From Zygnema circumcarinatum SAG 698-1b (lineage: Eukaryota; Plantae; Zygnematophyceae): a stretch of 64,000 nt of DNA. The translations under genes were made by a program, and so were the position numbers. The stretch lies in contig CM074811.1 of assembly GCA_037447605.1 (NCBI GenBank), forward strand, positions 2,790,001-2,854,000. The letters run 5' to 3'. Positions 38,401 to 50,035 of the stretch are shown here, piece by piece (position 1 is the stretch's first letter; the number at the start of each line of letters is the position of its first letter). The notes below the pieces were generated by a model. That model did no database searches. It saw only the letters and a program-made list of their open reading frames with translations, and had not been told where the DNA came from.

Positions 38401-41400
38401 GGTGGTGGAGCATATTGTGACGTGGAATGAGACAGTTAAGAAAGGGCTAAAGGAGGCTCAAGTGGCAGACCAACCCGAAGTTTCACCTGAATACATTCAG
38501 AGGTGAGGATGATTTTGTCATTTTGTTTGAATTGCAAATCTCTATGAAGAGAGATTTTTTTAAATGAGGTGCTATGTTTGGGGCAGGCTGTTCATTCGGA
38601 TAACGAGTAGGTTTGCTACACTAGACGAAGGCAGATTTGGTTTATCGTCTACCATAAATTGCTCTGTCATTCAATTTTAGCGAAATCAAGGTTTTCAGAC
38701 TGGATTTGAAGGAGCGCCGAATGCTATGCACATAATGCATTGAATATGTCCTTTATGTCATGTTCAGTTTTGCCATCACTGCTGTCTGCTTATCGAAGGC
38801 CTGTGTTTATGTGAGGTGAAGTGAATTTCCAACTTCATAGTAGTTCTTTAAGCTGGTTTGGCGATGTCAAGGCACACTTTTGCCAGAAGGACGAAGGTCG
38901 GTCTTGCAGATCATAAACTTTTGACGATAAACCACTGTACTAAACGTTGTCCAAATGGGCTTACTTTCTGCCTCCCGTGGATTTGTATGCAGCTATATTT
39001 TGGCTTATCTTGAATCTCTCACAGCAGCAACAGATTTGGCAGGTCTAGCACGGGCAATGGCTGTGGTTCGTCGACGAATTTCGCGTTCCTCAAAGTATGC
39101 CGGACACCATATGAGTGCTCTCATTCGTGTACTGCTTTCAAGTTGGAGCCGCGCTCTTGCTGATGCCATTGCTGTTATATCCGAAAACAACACTGCGGAA
39201 GAAAGAATGAGTACACATCTACCGACTTTGGAGAGGCCTGACATCACAAAAGAGCTTGAGCAGCCGAACGCGAGCACTGTTCAAAACATTGTTTCTTGTT
39301 TGGGACCAAGCAGTGCCTCAAATGTGATAAAGTTGATTCCTCCTGTTCTACACCCCCCACCGGAAAGAGAAGGGATGAAACTTAGTAGGTGTAGTTATGA
39401 ACCCGTTACAAGCGCGAACTTGCCCTTGAAAGTCCTTGTTGAGGACCCTCCAATCTCAACTTCACCTTCACCTTCACCTGCAGCCCCCTTCACTGGAGAG
39501 GGGTACAGTCAGCCTGAAGGTCCCTTGCTACGATTGGAGTTGGAGCTCGATGATGAACCAGAAATCTCACCTCTGCCAAGTCTTGATCTCGAGAACGCAG
39601 AGGTAACGAAGCTTCAATCTACAACTATGGAGCCAAATATTCAACAAGTTTTCGACCAAGAGAAGATCAGCACACTATCAGAGAATGCTGTTCCTTGCCC
39701 TTCCTCTACAGAAGAGGTTGATCGCTCGTCCCCTCTCCTGTCCTCTGCCACAGCTAGTGACTTGCATCCAATAGAACAAGAAGCATCGACGCAGAATCCA
39801 ACCATGTCGATAGGAGAAGTCACAAGAACACTTGGAGCTGTAGTCGGAAGCTCGGCTAAAAATACGACAGATGACCAGCCTAGTCATGCAGTCTCAGGAC
39901 TTGTTTCAGTTCATCACGAAGAAGCAAGAGTGCTGCTGAATTTCGCAGAAGAACTTTATAGGGAGAGTGCAACTGGACTTGGGAGTGGATTTGGGTCCTC
40001 AGAAGCGAGGAGTGGGCCTCTGAACTTCATTCCTGGCGTAGATGTGCAGCCGTTAAGATCTGGGATTTTGGGACGTGCTTTAAATAAGGAACCATGTGCG
40101 GAAAGTACTGGTCTTCTTGAAAAGGAGAAGGAAGAACGGGGAAAGGAGGGGACAGGGGATGCTTTGGGGGTAGGAGATGCAGTGCCTGATCCAGAAAAGC
40201 TGCTTGTATTAGCCTTTAGACTTGTGCATGGCAGAGACCCGTCGCAGGCTGATCTGGAAAAGATACAAGGAGAGCAGCCAAAGGTAACTTCTCTCATTTG
40301 TATCTTCGTGTTTCTATCCACACTTGTGAGCACTGAAGATGAACCTTGTCCCAACAGAAAGTAAAACAGCATCCTGAACCTGTTTTTTTCCTTTTTTTGT
40401 TCTTGCTTCTCTATCTATCTTCCAAGAGACCACAAATTAGAGGAAATTGTATGACTTTGGTTGGTTATACCTGTTCTGCCTTACGGTATGTAGTTGCTGA
40501 TGAACTCTTTTGTGTGCAGAAACCGAAACGAGGACGACCGCGTGGGAGTTGTATTGCTCCGGGACTGGCCTCCACCAAATCAGCTCCTTTGAAAAAGGTG
40601 ATTTCTGGGAGCAAAGAGACAAATCTACTGGAAGTAGAGATTCCATGTGCAGTCATTGATGAGTTACAAGGTCAGCAAAAAATCCCAAAAGTTCGAAAGG
40701 TCAGTAAACTGCCAAGAAAGCGAAAGGCAGAAGGGCCAGAGAAAGAAAAGAAGTTGAGAGCAACCAAAAAAAGCAACTGGGTTGAGGTTTGGAGACGGAC
40801 AGAAAGCGATGTTGGGGGGGCTCACCCTCTTGCACCCGACAACTCACAGGCTATTCAGAAAGAAAAGATTAACGAAGTCCCAAGTGTTGGGGCTGCTAAT
40901 GCCACTGAATCTGCAAGCAGAGATGGAACTGTCCTAGAGCATGGGGAAGAAGGAAAAGGCTTGGATGTACCGACCCACAAAGGGAACAAAGAATCTGAGC
41001 TCCTTTGTCTGCTAGCTTTGCCAAGCACTGCAGCCGCTTCTCGGCATCCTTCTTCTACACAGGGTGAAATTTTGGAGACCTTGGGAATGTCGACTCCTGC
41101 ATGCGAAGTCCCGAACGGCCAATCCTTGGAAGTTGGTTTACCCGCTGTCAGGCAAACAGCAACTTCTCTGGTAATTGATGAAGAAAGCAATGACCAAAGC
41201 CCTGCAACTCCCTTCCATGAATCTCTTGTTCAAGAGGTACGAGTTCAAGTCCTTTCGAATCAAGACATCGCCGTATCTGCTGCCAGAGAAGCCGATCTTG
41301 CTTTGGTATCCAGTGACAATGCTCAGCTGCAGGGAGGGAAAACTGTGGAACCTGGGGCTGAATCGAAATTTTCAGACTTTCGTGAGGAGAATGTAAAATC

Positions 41401-42139
41401 TGAAGTGGTGGAGGCGGGCTTGGGAGCATCTCCGTCAGAGATTCGGAAAGTCAAAGTGACTCGGAGAAGGCGTGGAAAGGGGGAACTTCCTTTGAAGAGA
41501 ATAAGAGTCAGTAAGTCGAAAACCCATGCTTTCGATTGGGAGGCTGTCCCTGTCGTACAACAACTTGCCGCTCCTGTTGTGAAGGAGAGTGGGAGTGACT
41601 GTATGAAGTCTATTGCAGGTGAAGGGGTGGGCAATGAAGAAGGACGAAGGCAGGCATTTCATTCGTCAGAAGAATTCATATCTTCTCACTCAACAAATGT
41701 AGGACGGGCTTGTGATTCAGAAATGGCAGTTGAGATAGAGGATGGATTGGCACAGGCTGAAGATGGGGGAAAGACGAACTATTCAGGAAAAAGAGCTGTC
41801 AGGCTTGCAGCAGAGGCAGAATGCCTACTAAGACCGAGCAGTTCAGGGTTGATCAGGGCTTTGCCCTCTATTGGAGAAAATGCGAAGGAGAAGCTTCCAT
41901 TGAGAGCACATGTTCTCACCACAGGGGAGACAAATATTGCAGTTAACAGCATCATTATCTCACGCCCTTTAACAACGAGCGGTGCATCGGAGACTGTTGG
42001 GAGAGAGCAGCCGAGACTCCGTGATGAGCAAGCACTCGGAAAGCAAGGAGCAGCGGTAGTCAAGGAACCTACACTCCCATCTTCTGTGGGCATTGCAGCG
42101 CGAAATGATGTCATCATTATGTTGCCAGACTCCGATTAA
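26462..42139 (+). CDS. CABIN1: Calcineurin-binding protein 1 / HIRA-complex subunit CABIN1 homolog (TPR protein), multi-exon
   Basis: ATG|gtaagt at 26462-26464 splices to LSIAAINDEAVANRWEPLAPTKEAQ (26741-26815), matching the plant CABIN1 N-terminus (MFSIAAIND...WEPLAPxKEAQ). It continues RFLALKNL...CYLEAASIDGSDVVLWHRLG...[25 protein letters not shown]. Further conserved blocks are LGQCFYCLY, PPFKESL, RRRSLRAFLQS, YLGKLCEK, YRLHASRLK and HFHKARYCLAR. The final ORF ends at 42139. Confidence 0.9.
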
Positions 42140-42754
42140 CTGAGCGATTGGTTCGATTCGCTTATCAAGAAGTGAAAAACTTTGTTTAAAGGTGAGGGGT
42201 AGGCGTGAACCAAATTCGACTCTTTGGGGTGCGTACTCACTCTGGAGGGCTCAACTTGTTCCTGACTTGCCTATGATATGTTGTTGATGTGAGCAGGACT
42301 AGGACGGTCTGCACGTTGTGAATAATAAGAGCTAGAGAGGTAGAGGCGAATAAGAAACACCTGCTGAAATACCACTACCAACGTCAAGCGGGACTCGTGA
42401 AAATGTGCCCTTGCCAGAGAGTGAAAAAGGGAGGGCTGGGGGTTGGGACTGTGTTTTGGGTAGGGGGGGGGGGGGCTGTGGCACTGTTTTTGCTGAGTTA
42501 ATTAGAGTGCGATTAGTGTAAATTTGCTTTGGTTGGGTACACCTGTGCAGGATATTGTTAAGTACCCAACCTGTGCAGGATATTGTTAAAAGGCCTCGTA
42601 ACCTGGTTGTTCATTGTGTATAAGCGATTCTTTCCTTTGAACTTGAGAACCGGAAGAGTGAATGAAATCAGATGTGCAGTTGCATGGCGTCGGGTGTGGC
42701 TGTGAGTAATCACCTAAATGCTTTCCGCTCTCAGCTTTTTTCTTTTTGTGCTTA

Positions 42755-42845
42755 GGTCCTTTTGCGATCAGTTCCTCGTGGTTCCCCATGCTGATTTTGT
42801 CCATGTACATTTGATGGCATCATCGCCATCCTGAGATCAATGCCA
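42755..42845 (-). repeat. Short dispersed repeat core, copy 3 (inverted)
   Basis: The reverse complement reads tggcattgatctcaggatggcgatgatgccatcaaatgtacatggacaaaatcagcatggggaaccacgaggaactgatcgcaaaaggacc, matching 15101-15191 and 25776-25866. Confidence 0.85.
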
Positions 42846-43116
42846 CAACCTTTTCCCTGAATGCTGATATGAACAACACAATTCATCCCAGTCGTATCAC
42901 ACCTGATTCAGGCCCACATAAGGGACCGACGTCCAGCCTCAGTCTAGTCTAGCCTAGTCTAGCCCAGTCTAGCCTGATTCGGGGAGGGGGTCAGGGAGAA
43001 GTCCTCGGTCACGTCACAACTACGCATGGAACACTTTAGTTCATAGTCCAGTTCCGTTTCCAGTCGTCCAAAGCTAAAACTATGCCATCGCTTGCTCACA
43101 TAGGAAACCCAGATCA

Positions 43117-43545
43117 CCGTCCGTACAGAAATTCGTACACCACTACATCCGTGGATTCGTACGCCCTGCCGCCCTGCCTGGCCCTTCCGCTCTACCTGGC
43201 CCTGCCGCCCTGGCTGGCCCTGCCGTCCTGTCGCGTTCGCAGTTGCAACCGTACGTCTTCCACGCCGCTGTCCCTTTCTGCGCGCACGATGACCGTTCGT
43301 ACAGATTCGTACGGACACCCCTGGCCTCGATTTCCTGCCGTCCATTTCACCGCCCTTGCCGCCGGCCGCCGCCCTTTGTCGGCGCCGGCCGGGTCTCTGC
43401 TATCCGTACGGTACCGTACCGTAAAAATTACCGTTTTCGTACGATCTGGTCCCGACTCCTGACTCTTGACTGCCGGCGTTCTTTGTCCGTACGATTCTTC
43501 GTATGATTGTTTGCGATTTGTTCGTACGATTCTTTGTACGATTTT
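43117..43545. promoter_or_regulatory. Dense cluster of (C)GTAC(G) motifs upstream of GMD
   Basis: About 12-13 GTAC cores, mostly CGTAC or GTACG, in ~430 bp. The enrichment is seen directly; a regulatory function is not shown. Confidence 0.3.
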
Positions 43546-43882
43546 AAAACACAAATTGGCACATGGAGTTTCGGGCCTCCATTTTTAAGTTGGTAATGCT
43601 AAGCGATAGTTCCGTTCGCAGTAGAACTGTCTGGTCCTTCTGTTCCGTCAGGGAGGGAGGGAAGTCCCTCTGGATGTTCCCTTTGCCGTCCTGCCCGTAA
43701 ATTTCGCGTTCAGGGCAGAAAAAAATGATGGCAGCCAATGGGATTCGAGTCTCGGACCGGGCAGGCGTATAAACGGTCCAAGGCTCCGTCGCTTTCCTTT
43801 CGTCGTCTCCTCTCTCACTCTCCTTCCTCTACCAAACTCTTCCTCCCTCGCCCTCTCTCTTACCGAACTCCTGGCAGCAGCC

Positions 43883-46050
43883 ATGGCGGAAGCTCCCTTG
43901 AAGAAGGCCCTGATCAGCGGCGTGACCGGGCAGGACGGGTCCTACCTGACGGAGCTCCTGCTCAGCAAGGGCTACGAGGTGCACGGCATCATCCGGCGGT
44001 CGTCCAACTTCAACACGCAGCGCCTGGACCACATCTACAAGGACCCGCACGTCTCCACCGCCAAGCTCAAGCTCCACTATGGCGATCTGCTCGACTCCTC
44101 CGCCCTCCGCAAGTGGATCGACAAGATTGAGCCAGACGAAGTGTACAACTTAGGCGCGCAGTCTCACGTCGGAGTCTCCTTTGAGAACCCTGAGTTCACT
44201 GCAGATGTGGTGGGCACAGGCGCCCTCCGCCTGCTTGAAGCGGTGCGCACGCATATTGACCACACAGGGCGCAAGGTGAGGTATTACCAGGCCGGCTCCT
44301 CGGAGATGTATGGCGCCACGCCGCCCCCTCAGGACGAGAACACGCTCTTCCACCCGCGCTCGCCCTACGCAGTGGCGAAGGTGGCGGCGCATTGGTACAC
44401 TGTGAACTACCGCGAGGCCTACGGCATGTTCTGCTGCAACGGGATCCTCTTCAACCACGAGTCGCCAAGGCGAGGAGAGAATTTTGTGACCAGGAAGATC
44501 ACACGCGCGCTTGGAAGGATTAAAGTTGGGCTGCAAAAGAAGCTGTATCTCGGGAACTTAAAGGCTTCTCGTGATTGGGGTTTCGCAGGCGACTATGTCG
44601 AGGTGAGGCGCTTTCACTGGATTTGTACTATGCTACCGGCTAATAATAGCTGTGGTTTCTTAGCAATGGTGTTTCTTAATTGAGGCCTGCTGGATCCGAA
44701 TTGACTTGCCATGCAGATCCCTTTCTTTGCTTAATTTCTGTCTCGGCTGGTAAGTTGTGATTTCTGAAGAATTCAGCTTCTAGCTTGAGATCAGCTGGAT
44801 CTGCTTGCAATGGACGAAGGCGGCCTTAGATCTGCTGTCAATGTCGAAAGATTGCGATATTCTTTTCAATTGGGTTTGCTTAAGCGTCGATTCCTCGATT
44901 TAGTGTGGCTGCATTAGATCTGATCTGATTTCTATCATACAGGCTTTGTCGCAGTTAATTGATCTTTTGTTTTCTCTTGTTTGCTTGCTTCTGTTGTATT
45001 TCGCCTATGTTCAATTGGTACAATGTGGCTGCAGTAACTAACACTAACAGTCAATTTGTCAGAATTCAGTACTTGCCTAACATTTACAAAAAAATATTTT
45101 TTAGTAACTTACAAGTTCTCATGGTGTGTCTAATATGTCAGGGCTGTCTTATTTTTTTTTGGTCGGTGTTGGATCTGATGCAGACACCTGCATTCGTACA
45201 CTGCACTAGCTTGAGGTCCCTGGATTTGTTGTTTCTGTTTTGCGCTTTTTTCTTGCTGAAAGTTTCTGGCTCTCACTTATGTTCAGTGTGCTTCAAGTGT
45301 CTGATTGGTATTCTTACTCTCGGTGTTTGATCTTGACAAGGTGTACTGTTTACATTTTAATCTGACTTAGGCTAGGTTTTCGCTTTACAGAAGGAAAAAA
45401 TGCTTTCTTGATTGAGTAACCAGTAATTGAGAGTGCGTTTATCAGTTTTGTTTCAATACGTCATAAGTTCTAAATTATTTTTTATTGTTCGATTGGATGA
45501 TCATGTGGCTATAACTCGCCAAGGTTGATGAGGTTTGCTTCAGCATCAACTTGCAATGTGTGCTTTTCAAGTTTGAGCATGGTGTGGCTGTTTCTTAGCC
45601 AATATTCGAAATTCCTCTTGACCTAACCTGTGAGAATGCGATGAAAAGAATGGTCCGGAACGGCTGCAGATGAATAGAATGGGCTCTGAGTGGTCCCTTG
45701 TGCATGTGCGTGTACAGGGCATGTGGATGATGCTGCAGCAGGATGAGCCCGACGACTATGTGCTCGCCACAGAGGACTCACATACAGTGGAGGAGTTCTT
45801 GATCGAGTCTTTTGGCTATCTTGGCCTTGACTGGAAGGAGCATGTGGAAGTGGACCCGCGCTACTTCAGGCCTTCCGAGGTCGACAACCTCCGGGGCTCC
45901 GCTGCCAAGGCCAAGGCTAAGCTGGGCTGGGAGCCCAAAGTGAGCTTCAAGCAGCTGGTGGCTATGATGGTGGACTCGGATCTGGAGAGGGCCAAGAGGG
46001 AGAAGACCCTGGTGGATGCAGGATACCTTGACCACAACGCCCAACCCTAG
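43883..46050 (+). CDS. GMD: GDP-mannose 4,6-dehydratase (GDP-L-fucose synthesis); exons 43883-44602 and 45718-46050
   Basis: [95 protein letters not shown]|GMWMMLQQ and [11 protein letters not shown] form the complete MUR1/GMD motif set. Confidence 0.97.
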
Positions 46051-48865
46051 ATGTGTGGGGCATTTATGTGATTTTATTTTTTCGGAGGGGGGGGGAGGGG
46101 CGGGGAGCCTCTTGAAAATTTGTAAAAACCGGCCTGTTGTTTATTTGCTGCCTGGCATATCGCTATTTATAGGTAGTCCTGCGCGTTAACAGTGCACTTC
46201 TGTGGGGCCCAGGTGAAGTGTCACAGTCGCAAGTGCAGAATGCGTTGAGGTTCTGGTTTTTTTAGTAGAAGGGGGTCGACCATGATTTGGAGTCCATGTC
46301 TGCAGACTGTCACCGTAAGCAGTGATCTGTACCGTTTTGGGATTCAGGAATTCATTTTAACTAGTATGTGTACCTTGGAAGTCAATAGCATTGCTTTCCA
46401 CTCTGTTCAGAGTCTCGTTTTACGTGGAGGAAACCTACGGGGAATTGATTTACCTGCTTCCTTGTGCGTGGATCTGCATAGGAGTTGTCTACTGTATCTG
46501 TTTATCAATGAAGAGGTGGAATGTGTGGAGAAATCGAGCCACAGTGGAGGAGAGGTCGAGTAAGAGGCAGTGAAAGTGGGAGGGGGCGAGAGGATGCAAT
46601 TGACCGGAGAGTGGGAAGTGGGGGGTGGGGGGGAGGGAGGGGAGGGGAGGGAGGGGGGAGATTCCAGTTGATGGATAAGTGGGGAGTGGGAGAGAAGAAT
46701 TGGAGAGAGTGATAGAGGGAGGAACGTAGATGGAGTTCCTAGTAATATCGGATAGGATTGCCTCAAGGAGCAGAAGGGACAGGACGTGAGAGAAAACATT
46801 GAGGGAGCGATTGGCATTGAGGAGGCGGGAAGAGATGAGAGAGTAAAGTGAGAGAGTGAGGGTACTAGCCTGCTGTAGTGAGAGAAAGAACCGAGTATTG
46901 GGATTCGAGATTGCAGTGAGAGAGTAAGCTGAGGCTGAGAAGGTTGATTGTAGGAGGGAAGGAAATGCAAAGGTAAAGTAGAGCGAGGGGGCGAGGATGT
47001 GGTCCAATAGGAGACAGTGCGGGAGAGGGGGACGGAGAGCGAGAGGGGAAGGCGAGGGAGAGGCAGAGAAAGAGGGAGTGGAAACATAGCAGTAGCGGTG
47101 ACGGTCGTACAGCAAGTAGGAGTTTGAGAAATTGAGAGTGAGAGAAGTGGGAGAGCGGTAGTGGAGTGAGAGAAATCGGGAGTGGGGCGGGAGGGGCTGA
47201 GGAGTTGAGGAGGGCGAGAATCGAAGTGAACGAAATTGTCTGACGGTAGTGATTGTATTGGAGAGAGTGCGAGCTGGCGTTGAGGCTTCTGGGAAGCGTG
47301 CTTGGAGGTTTATGGCTTGATGGTAGACTGACTGAGACGGATATTTGCTAGTTCAACCAACAATAATATTAACATTAAAGAAGAAAGTACTTCCAAAATT
47401 GTGCAGAAATTAACGCTCTGCTGCCCTTCTGATCAAATATCCCTTTCATGCAAAGGGAAAAGTCTGAAACTCTAATCTCAAAATGCCTGGAAAGAACACG
47501 TTCTTCACAATAGGGCAGGTCAGACTTAAAACATGGTAAAATCGATCTCGTAGGCCTGCCGCTCATGAGAAAAAAATTGAATTTCATTTGGTTGTGATGG
47601 GAACGATAATTTAATTTTCGCCTTTGACAATCAAGTTTCCTCGCTGCTCGCAAATCTCCTGTTGCAGTTGTCCTGCCCATCACTTCAAAATCACACCTTG
47701 TTATCATGGTGTTGCCGCATTAACGTTTCTTAAAATTTGAAGGGGGAATTTTCTGCATGGCTTTCACTCCACTCCTATTTCTGACAGAGGTGGCAAATAA
47801 AGCTCTGAAAGGTCGACCAAACGATGACAAACGATGATTGCCAGACGTTTGGTAATTTCCAAACCTGCAGATGCCCCACACACTAGGCAGCTGCAGGCAT
47901 TGAAACCCTGTGCTTGACGCGGAGCAGGGGAAGGGGGCTGCTGCAGGAGGTTTTTAGGTTTTCTCCTCTTTCTTTGTACGGACAGGAGATTATCTCCCCA
48001 TAGATGTGCGCCTCTTCACAATATCAAAAAAAAGTACGATGCAGACTATGACAATGCAGACTATGACAATCCTCTTCATCAACGAAGATCATGAAGTGCA
48101 GTTATTATCACTCCTTCCAGGTGAGGGAGGGGGAGGTGGGGACGGCTGAGGAGAGGGAGAGGGGAAGGGGAGAGGGGGGGCAGCAAAACTTCACGAGCAT
48201 GGCAAAGACCGCTTTGAGGGCAATAAACAGAAGCAAAACCATGCAAGCGTGGGAGAGTCAACCATACACCACAACACGACAAACCTTTATTGAAAATACT
48301 CGCCATCAGAGTTCAAAAAGGCGAACAGAGAACAATACAGGAACAAGGGAAAACAGTACAAAGGAGGAACAAAACTTAAGGTAACGAAATGAGACCAAGC
48401 CACGCTACACCGCATAAAACAAAACACACCAAACAACACTACAACGCAAGACTGGAGGGGGAGGGGGGAGGGGGGGAGGGGGAGAGGGGGAGAGAGGGAG
48501 GGGGAGGGGGAGGGGGCAGGAGGGAGTCGTTGAGGAAATTAAGGATGCATGATTATTCCCAGCGACCACATTGCACAGGCATATTGAAAAGTGTCTTTTC
48601 CGGAACACCCGGAAGTCTCTAATCTACAATAAACAATAAAAACATAACAGACTGAAAGACTCTGTACCTGTCCATATGATTCGTCCGCCTGCGCCTCATT
48701 AAGCTGGATGCCACCGCCCTTCCGTCTAATTGCATTAAACTATACAAAATAGATTGTCCCAAAGTGCCAAAGGGCCATCTCGAAAGACCCTTGTGCATGA
48801 GAAAGAGTGAAACCAACAACTACTTACGTGCAGATCAGCCAGAAACCGAATCTCCCTCTGCAGCC

Positions 48866-50035
48866 CTACACGGGGGGAGGTGGGCCCGGGGGAGGCATGC
48901 CGGTGGGGACGTTGGAGCCTGGAGGGTAAGCGTAAACAGGACGCTGGCTCCTCTGCAGATTAGGGCAAAAACATTAAAAAAAACAAGACAAAGTAAAGTT
49001 AAGTTAATGAAGAGCTTTTCATAGTTTCACGATGGGACGTTCTGCATGCGTTGGGTAAAGAACTCCCTGCTCTATGCTCCGCGATGCTGCCCCTGCATAC
49101 CAACTCTTGATCGACAACCACACTGAAAAATACTTGAAAACCAAACATGGGGAGGGGCAAGGAGGGTGGGTGGGCGCAGGGAGGGAAGGTCCTACATCGT
49201 GAAATTCCGGAATGCAGCAGATGACGAAAGCGAGGGGCCAAAAGAAGAGGATGGCGAGAATGACAAGCAGCCAGCCTGTTATGTTAAGGGTATCGCACAT
49301 GCAGCATCCCGCCTGCATTGCCGCAACCCTCACACCACGTGATAAGAAACAGCGCTCTGACGCTAGGGGTGCAGAGAAGGAGGAAGATAGAGGGAAAAGG
49401 GGAGGGAGAGAGAGGAGATTATAAATAGGCAAGGAGGACGACAAATTCATTCCACGCGACCCCTATGACCCTGAGACTCCATCGACCATTACAAACGTGA
49501 CTGAAACTGCAACATAACTGTAGCGGGACCCACACGGAACGCAGGGCTTCAAAACGACGAACAGACCTGCGGCTCCTCCAGTTGATACGCCACAATGACC
49601 TGTCCAGGCATGGGAGGGATGAGGGGAGGCTTCATTTCGATCCCCGGGATCGCACTGGCTACAGGGTGGGGGGGTCCATAGCCAGGCGGCGGGGGAGGGG
49701 GGTAGCCAGCACCAGGGGGGGGGTAGCCGACACCAGGGGGCGGGGGATAGCCAGGGGGCGGGGGATAGCCAGGGGGGGGGGGGGGAGGGTAGCCAGCACC
49801 AGGGGGAGGGGGATAGCCGGCACCAGGAGGAGGGTAGCCAGCACCGGGGGGAGGGGGATACGGATAGGGAGCAGCGCTGCTTCCCATCTCCACGTCTGCA
49901 AGGAATAAGGACACGAAGCGGCGCAATGTGAGGCAGACTCAAGGCGAAACAAGCGCAGAAGAGAGAGGGAGAGGGAGAGGGATAGGGAGAGGGAGAAGGA
50001 GAGGGCTCACCCTTGTGGACCCCATCTTCTCCCAT
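48866..50035 (-). CDS. Small Pro/Gly/Tyr-rich membrane protein with Cys-flanked hydrophobic segment (~185 aa, 4 exons)
   Basis: Exons 50011-50035, 49567-49895, 49196-49312 and 48866-48952 splice in frame: MGEDGVHKDVEMGSSAAPYPYPPPPGAGYPPP...GQVIVAYQLEEPQ|AGCCMCDTLNITGWLLVILAILFFWPLAFVICCIPEFHD|RSQRPVYAYPPGSNVPTGMPPPGPPPPV*. Confidence 0.75.

Noticed and set aside
42541-42589. Resemblance of gcaggatattgt to a T-DNA border
   Set aside because: It lacks the full 25-bp consensus (shorter core, wrong flanks) and there are no T-DNA genes. A local duplication explains it.
46407-47300. Long minus-strand ORFs (226 aa, 208 aa) rich in S/L/P
   Set aside because: They arise from a purine-rich low-complexity strand, with no splice-supported structure or domain.
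47375-47707. 110-aa minus-strand ORF
   Set aside because: No recognisable motif and no linked exons; a length this short is compatible with chance.
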